The position numbers and the translations under genes are program-made. From Chlamydiia bacterium (GTDB lineage: Bacteria > Chlamydiota > Chlamydiia > Chlamydiales > JBMOFD01): 15,026 nt of DNA. The DNA is taken from positions 1 to 15,026 of the forward strand of contig JBMOFD010000046.1 of NCBI GenBank assembly GCA_049314435.1, read 5' to 3'. Below, piece after piece: positions 8,047-15,026 of this stretch. The notes under the pieces were generated by a model, which saw only the letters and a list, made by a program, of their open reading frames with translations, did not search any database and had not been told where the DNA came from. Every line of letters starts with the position of its first letter. Positions within the stretch are counted from its first letter, which is position 1.

Positions 8047-10617
8047 ATGAGTGAGAGCGCAGCCCCTCGGGAGCCCCATGCCATCCCCGAGCCCATTGTG
8101 GCTCCTCCCGATTCATACGCTCCCACGTCACATGCATGGTTAGAGGGATGCGTCCTGCTTCCAGACCGGATGCGGCTTAAGAGAACGGCTGAGAGCGTCC
8201 GAGAGGGTTTCCTTAATCACCTGCACTTCACCTTAGGTAAGGACCGCTTTACGGCCTCAGGTCGACCCGTCCTCTATGCGCTCTGCTACACGATCCGCGA
8301 CTACCTGGTGAAGGATTGGCTCGAGACGCAGCGTCATGCCTACAAGCAAGACTGCAAGCGGGTCTACTATCTATCGATGGAGTTCATGATTGGGCGTTCC
8401 CTGCTCAACTCGATGATCAACCTCGAGTTGTACCCAGACGCTGAGCAGGCGATGCGCGAGGTGAACCTCAACCTGACCGACCTCTTTGAGATCGAGTGGG
8501 ATGCGGGTCTTGGCAACGGAGGGCTGGGACGTCTTGCGGCCTGTTACCTGGATTCGATGGCGACCCATAAGATCGCCGCGCACGGGTATGGGCTGCGGTA
8601 TGACTATGGGATCTTCTATCAACAGATCGTGAATGGCTTCCAGGTAGAGAAGCCCGACCACTGGCTTCGTTATGGGACGCCCTGGCAGTTTGAGCGCTAC
8701 GAGTACCTCTTCCCCGTACGGTTCTATGGAACCGTCCAAGTCAAGCGTCAACCAGATGGAAGAGAGCTGTTCGAGTGGGTGGACACCGAAGAGGTCATGG
8801 CCCTGGCCTATGACATGCCGGTACCGGGTTATGGTAACGGCTGCGTGAACACCCTTCGTTTGTGGGGAGCCAAGTCCGCTCGAGGATTCAACCTCGACTA
8901 CTTCAATCATGGCGACTACATGCGTGCGGTGGAAGAGAGGGCTCTGACTGAGAACATCACCAGTGTGCTCTACCCCAACGATGTCTCCTGTTCAGGTAAG
9001 GAGCTGCGGCTGAAGCAGGAGTACTTCCTGGTCTGTGCCACCCTGCAAGACATCCTGCGTCGCTTCCGCAAGCAGCATCAGGACCTGAGGCTCCTACCTT
9101 CTAAGGTCGCGATCCAGTTGAACGACACGCACCCCTCCCTGGCGATCCCGGAATTGATGCGGATCCTCCTCGATGAGGAGAGCTTCGAGTGGGACGAGGC
9201 GTGGGCGATCGCGACCCAGACGTTGAGCTACACCAACCACACGATCCTGCCCGAGGCTCTCGAGCGCTGGTCGGTGGGACTCCTCGGTCAGGTGCTGCCC
9301 AGGCACCTGCAGATCATCTTCGAGATCAACCGCCGGTTCCTGGATCAGGTCGGACAGCGTTGGCCAGGGGACCAGCTCAAGCTAGGTCGCATGAGCATCA
9401 TCGAAGAGATCCCTGAGAAGCGGGTCAACATGGCTCACCTCTCGATCGTGGGCAGCCATGCCGTGAATGGCGTCTCTCAGCTGCATGGAGACATCCTCAA
9501 GCAAGAGACCTTCCGGGACTTTTACGAGCTGTGGCCCGACCGCTTCATGGCGATCACCAATGGGATCACGCCTCGCTTGTGGTTGAAGGCCAGCAATCCA
9601 CGTCTCACGAAGCTGATCACCGAACATATTGGTCATGGCTGGTGCACAGAACTCGATGAACTGAAGCGCCTGGTCCCCCTCATCCAAGACCCACGCTTCT
9701 GCAAGAACTGGTCGACGGTGAAGCGAGCCAACAAAGTCGAGCTGAGCGAGTTCCTAGTGCGGGAGATGCACCTCAGGCCGTTCGATCCCGATTCTCTAGT
9801 CGACGTCCAGATCAAGCGGATCCACGAGTACAAGCGGCAAATGCTCAACATCCTGCACATCGTGCATCGGTACCGCCAGATCCGAGATGGACTGCCAGGA
9901 GCTCCAACGCTGCCCAGGACCATTCTCTTCTCAGGGAAGGCCGCACCCGGGTATGCCCTCGCTAAGCTCATGATCAAGCTAGTCCATGCCGTTGGAGAGA
10001 CGATCGCCCACGACCCGAAGGCGTCTCAGCTACTGAATGTCCTCTTCCTGCCTAACTACTCGGTCAGTCTCGCGCAGAAGATTGTTCCTGCCGCCGACCT
10101 CTCCGAACAGATCTCAACGGCTGGGATGGAAGCGTCTGGGACCGGTTGTATGAAGCTCTGCCTCAACGGCGCGGTGACGATTGGGACGATGGATGGAGCG
10201 AATGTGGAGATCCTCGAAGAGGTAGGCCGCGATAACTTCTTCCTGTTTGGCCACACTGCCGAGGAGCTGCGTCAGCTACGCTCTTCTGGGTACAACGCCT
10301 ACCAGCTCTACCAAAGTGATCCCGATCTGCATGCTGCCATCGAGATGATCCGGTCGGGTCTCTTCTCCCCCAACGATCCCCTCCTCTTCCAGCCGATCGT
10401 GGACTCCCTACTTGGCTACGATCCCTTCTTCGTGTGTGCGGACTTCCGCTCCTATATCGAAGCTCAGGTGGCTGTGGAGAAGGCCTATAGCCAACCAGAT
10501 TTGTGGATCCCGATGTCGATCCAGAATACAGCCCACATGGGCAAATTCTCTTCCGACCGGGCTGTAGCTGAGTATGCTAGAAAGATCTGGCACGTTCCGG
10601 TGGATGACCGCGGTTAG
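8047..10617 (+). CDS. glgP: Glycogen/starch/alpha-glucan phosphorylase (GT35)
   Basis: YYLSMEF, DAGLGNGGLGRLAAC, LRLKQEYF, QLNDTHP, YTNHT, IKRIHEYKRQ, GKAAPGY, PLP-binding EASGTGCMK and FSSDR motifs; 856 aa; strong RBS. Confidence 0.98.
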   Translation: MSESAAPREPHAIPEPIVAPPDSYAPTSHAWLEGCVLLPDRMRLKRTAESVREGFLNHLHFTLGKDRFTASGRPVLYALCYTIRDYLVKDWLETQRHAYKQDCKRVYYLSMEFMIGRSLLNSMINLELYPDAEQAMREVNLNLTDLFEIEWDAGLGNGGLGRLAACYLDSMATHKIAAHGYGLRYDYGIFYQQIVNGFQVEKPDHWLRYGTPWQFERYEYLFPVRFYGTVQVKRQPDGRELFEWVDTEEVMALAYDMPVPGYGNGCVNTLRLWGAKSARGFNLDYFNHGDYMRAVEERALTENITSVLYPNDVSCSGKELRLKQEYFLVCATLQDILRRFRKQHQDLRLLPSKVAIQLNDTHPSLAIPELMRILLDEESFEWDEAWAIATQTLSYTNHTILPEALERWSVGLLGQVLPRHLQIIFEINRRFLDQVGQRWPGDQLKLGRMSIIEEIPEKRVNMAHLSIVGSHAVNGVSQLHGDILKQETFRDFYELWPDRFMAITNGITPRLWLKASNPRLTKLITEHIGHGWCTELDELKRLVPLIQDPRFCKNWSTVKRANKVELSEFLVREMHLRPFDPDSLVDVQIKRIHEYKRQMLNILHIVHRYRQIRDGLPGAPTLPRTILFSGKAAPGYALAKLMIKLVHAVGETIAHDPKASQLLNVLFLPNYSVSLAQKIVPAADLSEQISTAGMEASGTGCMKLCLNGAVTIGTMDGANVEILEEVGRDNFFLFGHTAEELRQLRSSGYNAYQLYQSDPDLHAAIEMIRSGLFSPNDPLLFQPIVDSLLGYDPFFVCADFRSYIEAQVAVEKAYSQPDLWIPMSIQNTAHMGKFSSDRAVAEYARKIWHVPVDDRG

Positions 10618-11357
10618 GACGCACCAACCAGCGCAGTCCTAGAGAAGGCGCCCAGCGCGGTAAGAGCCGCTGGCGCTGCGAGGGCTGCTCCTCTCCTGGC
10701 TCTCAAGGAGCCAGTTGCCTTTACGCGGCGTCCGCGTCCCTCATACTCAACCGGAAATCCCTCCTCCCCGCGCAAGGCCCCATGAATTCCAGTTACCCGA
10801 AGAACGCGAACTGGCACACCGGCTGGGACGTTCACCAGCAGAGCGGCTGGCTGGTTCGCAGCGGGCCTGTCCCGTGTATGGAAGGGGGATGGGGGGCTCC
10901 AGCCAGTGAGTGAGTAGGCGTCCGCGATTAGCTCATGCACGGCTGCCGCTCCCCTACCCAACACCGCATAGGAATGCCTCCAGAAATCAAACCATGCGGA
11001 CCACGCCAAACATACTCCCACAAGGGCAACCAGCCTACCGATGACTTCTCCCGGCCCGCCCAGGGGAGTCACCCCCACTATGTAAGACACACTCATCACC
11101 GCCAAACGGAACGCTGAGTACCAAGCTACAGCAGAGCCAACTGACTTCAAGGTGCTTCGGAGATTTTCCTGGCGAGTCTCGAGGGACATCGACGGCTTGA
11201 TGAAAGCTTCCTGCATAAGGCTGAAGGCGGCCATGGCACAGAACCCCAGGCCGGCAATACTGTAGGGCGACAAAACCGCTATAGCACAGCCACAAAAGCC
11301 CGTAGCTATGCAGAAAGTTCCGATCGAGACGAGGCTCTTTGCCGGAGATGCCGTCAT
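10614..11357 (-). CDS. Unknown multi-pass membrane protein
   Basis: Start moved from 11582 to ATG 11357 (MTASPAKSLVSIG...), which overlaps the CDF stop as ATGA; 247 aa with two long hydrophobic hairpin-like segments and a Pro/Arg-rich tail. Its stop overlaps the glgP stop convergently. Confidence 0.6.
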   Translation of the reverse strand: MTASPAKSLVSIGTFCIATGFCGCAIAVLSPYSIAGLGFCAMAAFSLMQEAFIKPSMSLETRQENLRSTLKSVGSAVAWYSAFRLAVMSVSYIVGVTPLGGPGEVIGRLVALVGVCLAWSAWFDFWRHSYAVLGRGAAAVHELIADAYSLTGWSPPSPFHTRDRPAANQPAALLVNVPAGVPVRVLRVTGIHGALRGEEGFPVEYEGRGRRVKATGSLRARRGAALAAPAALTALGAFSRTALVGAS

Positions 11358-12031
11358 GATAGAGGCTTCACGACAATAGGCAGATTCGGCACCAAGATCT
11401 CCATGCCATGCCGCAGAGTCGCGATCGGCTTGCGCAAGAGCAAGATACCCAGCGCAATCGTCAAGACGGGACCGATGTAGAGCGAAGCTTGTGCTCCCCA
11501 CTCTGAACCACTGGACTGCCACCACCATCCAAGAAGGAAGCTCAGCAGGAAGCCTAGGTCCAACCAGAGGTCCATCGTCCAAGAGTAAGCTTCAATCCCA
11601 ATCATCGGGCTATTCAGGGCAGCTGCCCGCCGACGAAGCCATCGCACCATGACGATCTCTCCGATCGCTGCCATGACGGTGAACCCTATACAGAGATCAA
11701 AACGGAGAGAGCCCTCTGGATGAAGGATCCCCGCGATCCCATCGTAGAGAGCCCATGCACAGATCCCTAACATGAAGATACTCTGCACACGCACGAGGAT
11801 ATTTTGAGTCCTGTGATGGGGAACGGGATCGCTGATGTGAACGAGTTTGCGCGTCGAATAGACAAAGAGACCAGAGAGTCCTGTCTCTGCTGCAGCATAG
11901 ATGCTATCGAGAGTCAGGACAGAGGAGCCAGCCATATAGGCGATGACCATCTCACAACCTGTGATCAGGCTCCCCCAAATAAGGGATGCTTGCAACGCGG
12001 ATGCTAAGGGGTGCTTCGACCAAATGCTCAC
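11354..12031 (-). CDS. Cation diffusion facilitator (CDF) family transporter, transmembrane domain only
   Basis: Six predicted TM helices with CDF-like landmarks (GSSVLTLDSIY at TM1-2, ILHPE after TM3, LNSPMIGIEA..W..D at TM5, YIGPVL at TM6); ends at 225 aa without the usual cytoplasmic C-terminal domain. GTG start. Confidence 0.75.
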   Translation of the reverse strand: MSIWSKHPLASALQASLIWGSLITGCEMVIAYMAGSSVLTLDSIYAAAETGLSGLFVYSTRKLVHISDPVPHHRTQNILVRVQSIFMLGICAWALYDGIAGILHPEGSLRFDLCIGFTVMAAIGEIVMVRWLRRRAAALNSPMIGIEAYSWTMDLWLDLGFLLSFLLGWWWQSSGSEWGAQASLYIGPVLTIALGILLLRKPIATLRHGMEILVPNLPIVVKPLS

Positions 12032-12120
12032 TACGCCCGTACCCCCCTGCTGCGTTATCCGTGTTGACTCCGGATGAAAAGATCACGAGATGCTGTCTCC
12101 AGCGATCTCTGTATCGGGAC

Positions 12121-12149
12121 AGTATACCCCCGCCTTCCTTGAGAAGCAA
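12121..12149 (-). promoter_or_regulatory. Sigma70-type promoter for the CDF operon
   Basis: Minus strand TTGCTT-N17-TATACT, with an AT-rich UP-element-like tract (about 12150-12199) directly upstream. Confidence 0.7.
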
Positions 12150-12199
12150 TCTTAATTTTATGATGATTTAATTTTTTATTATAAAACCCTTGAATTTGT

Positions 12200-13918
12200 T
12201 CAGAAACTCTGGCCTACACTGAAGTAGATCGAGAAGGGCTTATCCAGGCCAGGTCGCCGATTGAGAGGGACGGCGACATCCAGACGGAGCGGGCCGACGA
12301 TCGTCTTGTAGCGGATCCCACCACCCACGGCCACCAAGGGAGGGATGTTGAAGTCAGGGAAGGTATCGGCGAAGACGTTGCCGATATCGACGAAGGGCAC
12401 GAGCTCGATGTTTTTACTCACTGGGGTCCGCAACTCGAAATTCCCCATGAGAAGAGAGCGTCCGCCGATCGGGATGCCGCACTCATTAAGCGGCGAGACG
12501 GTCTCATAGGCATAGCCACGTAACCCGCCCGCCGATCCTTCAAAGAATCTCTTGGGAAGCGGGATATCCTCTAAGGCAGCTCCCACAATGGAACCGAGGA
12601 CGACTCGAGCAGCGAGGGTGGCCTTGCCTAAGCCTAGATACCCACTAGCCGCGAAGCGCATGGGCAAAAAGAGAGCGGAGGGCTGGCCTTTGGCAGCCGT
12701 CGGAGCGACTCTCGCTTCGAATCGCACGCCCTGCTGGGGATCAAACACGTCACCAGCGCCGCTCCACAAAAAGTAGATCGGGATCGATGCGAGGATGTCT
12801 TGCCCATTCTCTGGGGAATCTCGGGTCGTCAGCCCCTCTATCTTCCCGCCTGCGGAGAGCAGGCTGTTCCTGGCGTACTCCCACTCTACCAGAGCCACCA
12901 GGTCCGCGGACTGCTCGAGGAAGCTGATCACGTGCTTGCGTCGCACGACGGCATAACCCACACCGTGGAGATCGGTGCGACGACAGAGCGGCGTGCGTCC
13001 CGTCAGAGTGAATTCTTGTATCCTCTGAGCGAGGATCGCATCGATCGAGAGCTTCTCGCCCATGCCCCAAAGGTTGCGATGTTCCCACTCCCCAATGGCA
13101 CCAAAGCCCTCTGTGGTGGCATAGCTCACTCCCAAAGAGATGGTGCGCGGTTTGCGCTCCGAAACATCCACGGTCATGGCCACGGGCCCGTTATCTTCCC
13201 TGGGCTCCGCTCGTATCTGCACAGAGTTGAAGAGACCCAATCGGAGTAACCGATCCCGGCTCGACTCCACCTGCTCTAGGTTATAGGGAGTGCCGAGGCA
13301 CCAGCAGAGCTGTTGCTGCACGAGCTCTGGCTTGACTCGCTCTAGTCCCATGATTTCCGTGGGGCCCCAGGTGACCTGGGGTCCCACTCGAATGGGCAGC
13401 GTGACGCTCACTTGGTGATGTTGAGCATCAGCATGCACATGGGGCCTCTCCCCTTCTGCAAACGCAAAGCCGTGCATGCGAAGTAGCTTCACCGCCTCAG
13501 TTTGCTTCTGTCGCAAAACCGTGAGATCTAGGGGTTGATCCTCTTTGCCTAGCGAGGCGGTGTCCAGTAACCTCTTAGCTGTCACGTCTCCAGCCACTCC
13601 ACCGATGACATCCCAGTGAATGAAGGAGACTCGATATTGGGGTCCCAGCTCCATATGCAGCTGGATGGTCTTACCCACCATCTGGGTCCAGACCTTGGCC
13701 TCTAGATATCCCTTGGAGACGACAAATTTCTTCACAGATTCGGAGGCAACGTCCGCTTGAGCTCGAACCAGCGCCAGCTCGTTTTCATCCGTGTCATTGA
13801 GGGGAGCTAGAAGGTCGGAGACCTCGTCGGAAAGGGAGCTGGGAACGCCCTGCAACTCAATGCGAGGAGACCCCAAAAGAGACATGCAGAGTAGACTGCT
13901 GACCCACCAACTCCTCAC
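12200..13918 (-). CDS. tamA: TamA/BamA (Omp85) family outer-membrane protein with POTRA domains
   Basis: POTRA-like segments (SKGYLEAKV, HGFAFA, LLRLGLFNSVQI), barrel start GEWEHRNLWGMGEKL, loop-6 RFFEG..GGLRGYAY, GIRYKTIVGPLRLDVAVPL and terminal YFSVGQSF. Probable start GTG 13918 (GGAGG 5 nt upstream, giving signal-peptide-like MRSWWVSSLLCMSLLG); alternatives 13945 and 13957. Size of about 570 aa fits TamA better than BamA. Confidence 0.85.
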   Translation of the reverse strand: MRSWWVSSLLCMSLLGSPRIELQGVPSSLSDEVSDLLAPLNDTDENELALVRAQADVASESVKKFVVSKGYLEAKVWTQMVGKTIQLHMELGPQYRVSFIHWDVIGGVAGDVTAKRLLDTASLGKEDQPLDLTVLRQKQTEAVKLLRMHGFAFAEGERPHVHADAQHHQVSVTLPIRVGPQVTWGPTEIMGLERVKPELVQQQLCWCLGTPYNLEQVESSRDRLLRLGLFNSVQIRAEPREDNGPVAMTVDVSERKPRTISLGVSYATTEGFGAIGEWEHRNLWGMGEKLSIDAILAQRIQEFTLTGRTPLCRRTDLHGVGYAVVRRKHVISFLEQSADLVALVEWEYARNSLLSAGGKIEGLTTRDSPENGQDILASIPIYFLWSGAGDVFDPQQGVRFEARVAPTAAKGQPSALFLPMRFAASGYLGLGKATLAARVVLGSIVGAALEDIPLPKRFFEGSAGGLRGYAYETVSPLNECGIPIGGRSLLMGNFELRTPVSKNIELVPFVDIGNVFADTFPDFNIPPLVAVGGGIRYKTIVGPLRLDVAVPLNRRPGLDKPFSIYFSVGQSF

Positions 13919-13986
13919 TAGTACCTCCGCTCCCTTGCGAAGCATACCCAACTCCACTGGATTTGGATATCACGGAGTAGGAGCAC

Positions 13987-14013
13987 AATTGTCCCAGCGC
14001 TGCTGGGACAATT
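13987..14013. repeat. Perfect 12-bp inverted repeat upstream of the tamA-like gene
   Basis: AATTGTCCCAGC-GCT-GCTGGGACAATT. Confidence 0.85.
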
Positions 14014-14244
14014 CGATACGCTAGGTGAACAGCACCGAGCCTACGGGGTGCGGTCTAGCCTCCCCCCGTGGCGGGTCACGATAGGGCACCGCCGCCAAAT
14101 TATGCGAGACAGAGCCTCTGAGCGAGCACAATCAGAATGCCGCCAGTCGAAGGTCTTCTATGAGGAGGTGCTGAGTGCTCGCTCTGCGAAAGTCCCTCAT
14201 CTCATCGAGTGCAGCTCCAATTGCACCCAGATTCCACTCGTTGC

Positions 14245-14278
14245 TTGCATAAATCCTATAGACATTATAGGATTTATG
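14245..14278 (+). promoter_or_regulatory. abiE promoter overlapped by a perfect 13-bp inverted repeat (putative autorepression operator)
   Basis: CATAAATCCTATA-GACAT-TATAGGATTTATG (14248-14278) overlapping TTGCAT (14245-14250)-N17-TAGGAT (14268-14273), immediately before ATG 14280. Confidence 0.75.
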
Positions 14279-14279
14279 T

Positions 14280-14879
14280 ATGGACAAGCGCGATAGACTA
14301 TTCGAAGTGGCGGAGCGCCAACAGGGGTATTTCACTAGTCGACAGGCCGTGCAATGTGGTTTTGAGGACGCTAACTTTCATCACTACTTAAGTACTGGAG
14401 AGTGGTTGAAGGAAGGTCGCGGAGTCTATCGCCTAGTCAGGTACCCCATGACAGAATCACCAGACCTTGTGATTTGGGCCCTTTGGAGTCGTGGGCGTGG
14501 CGATGTCATTCATGGAGTGTGGTCGCACGAGACAGCATTAGCCATCTATGATCTTTCGGACGTCAATCCGGCTAACCTGCATATGACCGTGCCGTTGAAG
14601 TTTCGTAAGGCGGCTCCAGATGGCCTCGTGCTTCATTCTTGCGATCTTGACCCGAAGGACATTCGTGAACAAATGGGCTATTTCGTGACGACACCTCTCC
14701 GTACTCTACTTGATGTAGCCGCGGAGGGTAGGTTGTCTGCTGATCTCATCAAGCAAGCTGCTCAACAGGCTCTCTCCAGAGGCCTTATTCCTCGATGGGA
14801 ATTGGATGCTATTGATTCTCCGCCGGCAATAAAACTCATTGGACTACTAAATGACCCAACAATTCGCGAACGCCACTGA
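14280..14879 (+). CDS. abiEi: Type IV toxin-antitoxin antitoxin, AbiEi family (winged-HTH transcriptional regulator)
   Basis: LFEVAERQQGYFTSRQA...GEW....RGVYRL N-terminal wHTH, SHETALAIYDLSDVNP..LHMTVP and VTTPLRTLLDV, all characteristic of AbiEi-family proteins. Confidence 0.9.
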   Translation: MDKRDRLFEVAERQQGYFTSRQAVQCGFEDANFHHYLSTGEWLKEGRGVYRLVRYPMTESPDLVIWALWSRGRGDVIHGVWSHETALAIYDLSDVNPANLHMTVPLKFRKAAPDGLVLHSCDLDPKDIREQMGYFVTTPLRTLLDVAAEGRLSADLIKQAAQQALSRGLIPRWELDAIDSPPAIKLIGLLNDPTIRERH

Positions 14880-15026
14880 CTTCAGAAAGAGCCTAGAGAC
14901 GAGGCTAAAGAACCGCTGTGCAGCGCGGCCTCGTCAGCTGCAGACACTGCAACGAAGCGTGGCCTTCGAGAGATTTTTGGCCCGCGTAGTTGCAGACGGG
15001 ACTGAACCGTCGAGTTTTCTGTTGAA
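14851..15026 (+). CDS. abiEii: Type IV TA toxin, AbiEii/AbiGii nucleotidyltransferase family (5' part, truncated by the window)
   Basis: Not in the ORF track. ATG 14851 reads MTQQFANATDFRKSLETRLKNRCAARPRQLQTLQRSVAFERFLARVVADGTEPSSFLL(K), matching the AbiEii N-terminus (FR..LE.RL...VAF.R.LAR...LKGG). Overlaps the abiEi end by 29 bp. Confidence 0.8.
   Translation, partial: MTQQFANATDFRKSLETRLKNRCAARPRQLQTLQRSVAFERFLARVVADGTEPSSFLL

Noticed and set aside
8371..10593. Several antisense or alternative-frame ORFs inside glgP (similarly inside tamA and the large ORF)
   Set aside because: Shadow ORFs expected from GC-rich codon usage within clearly genuine genes.
11358..11582. N-terminal extension of the 322-aa ORF 10614..11582
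   Set aside because: Lies inside the CDF gene on the same strand; ATG 11357 with an ATGA overlap is a much better start.
12038..12131. TACCCCC tracts as a CsoR/RcnR-type operator upstream of the metal transporter
   Set aside because: Only half-sites in the same orientation about 85 bp apart; no TAC...GTA pseudo-palindrome.
11952..12149. 65-aa minus-strand ORF upstream of the CDF gene
   Set aside because: Its TTG start is the -35 box of the predicted promoter, so it would not be transcribed from it; no recognisable protein features.
14020..14098. GC-rich stretch ending in CCGCCA, superficially tRNA-like
   Set aside because: No T-loop (GTTCGA), D-loop or acceptor stem could be built on either strand.
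14132..14335. Minus-strand 67-aa ORF ending IEDLRLAAF, reminiscent of a chlamydial tmRNA tag ending (EDLRVAA)
   Set aside because: No tmRNA 5' end (GGGG..GG.TTCGAC) or tRNA-like 3' end nearby, an extra Phe follows the AA, and the ORF overlaps abiEi antisense; treated as coincidence.
1..15026. CRISPR arrays, transposases, integrases, rRNA or tRNA genes
   Set aside because: No regularly spaced direct repeats, recombinase/transposase motifs or recognisable stable-RNA sequences seen on reading.

Overview
Bacterial chromosomal window, by inference from a fairly GC-rich member of the Chlamydiota (orphan FliO-like gene, several small Inc-like hydrophobic ORFs, glycogen phosphorylase); the taxonomy cannot be confirmed from sequence alone. 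Left to right: the 3' part of a very large (>=1488 aa) Ser/Pro-rich coiled-coil protein carrying eukaryote-like short motifs (candidate secreted effector); a translationally coupled minus-strand operon Cof-type HAD phosphatase - folB - pteridine-reductase-like SDR; an orphan FliO-like gene; two small hydrophobic orphan ORFs, one of which is an internal ~69-aa tandem duplication; glgP; a coupled pair of a C-terminally truncated CDF transporter and an unknown membrane protein behind a clear sigma70-type promoter and a structured leader; a TamA/Omp85-family gene with no adjacent tamB; a hairpin-rich 360-bp intergenic region; and an AbiEi/AbiEii type IV toxin-antitoxin pair (toxin runs off the window) whose predicted promoter is covered by a perfect 13-bp inverted repeat.
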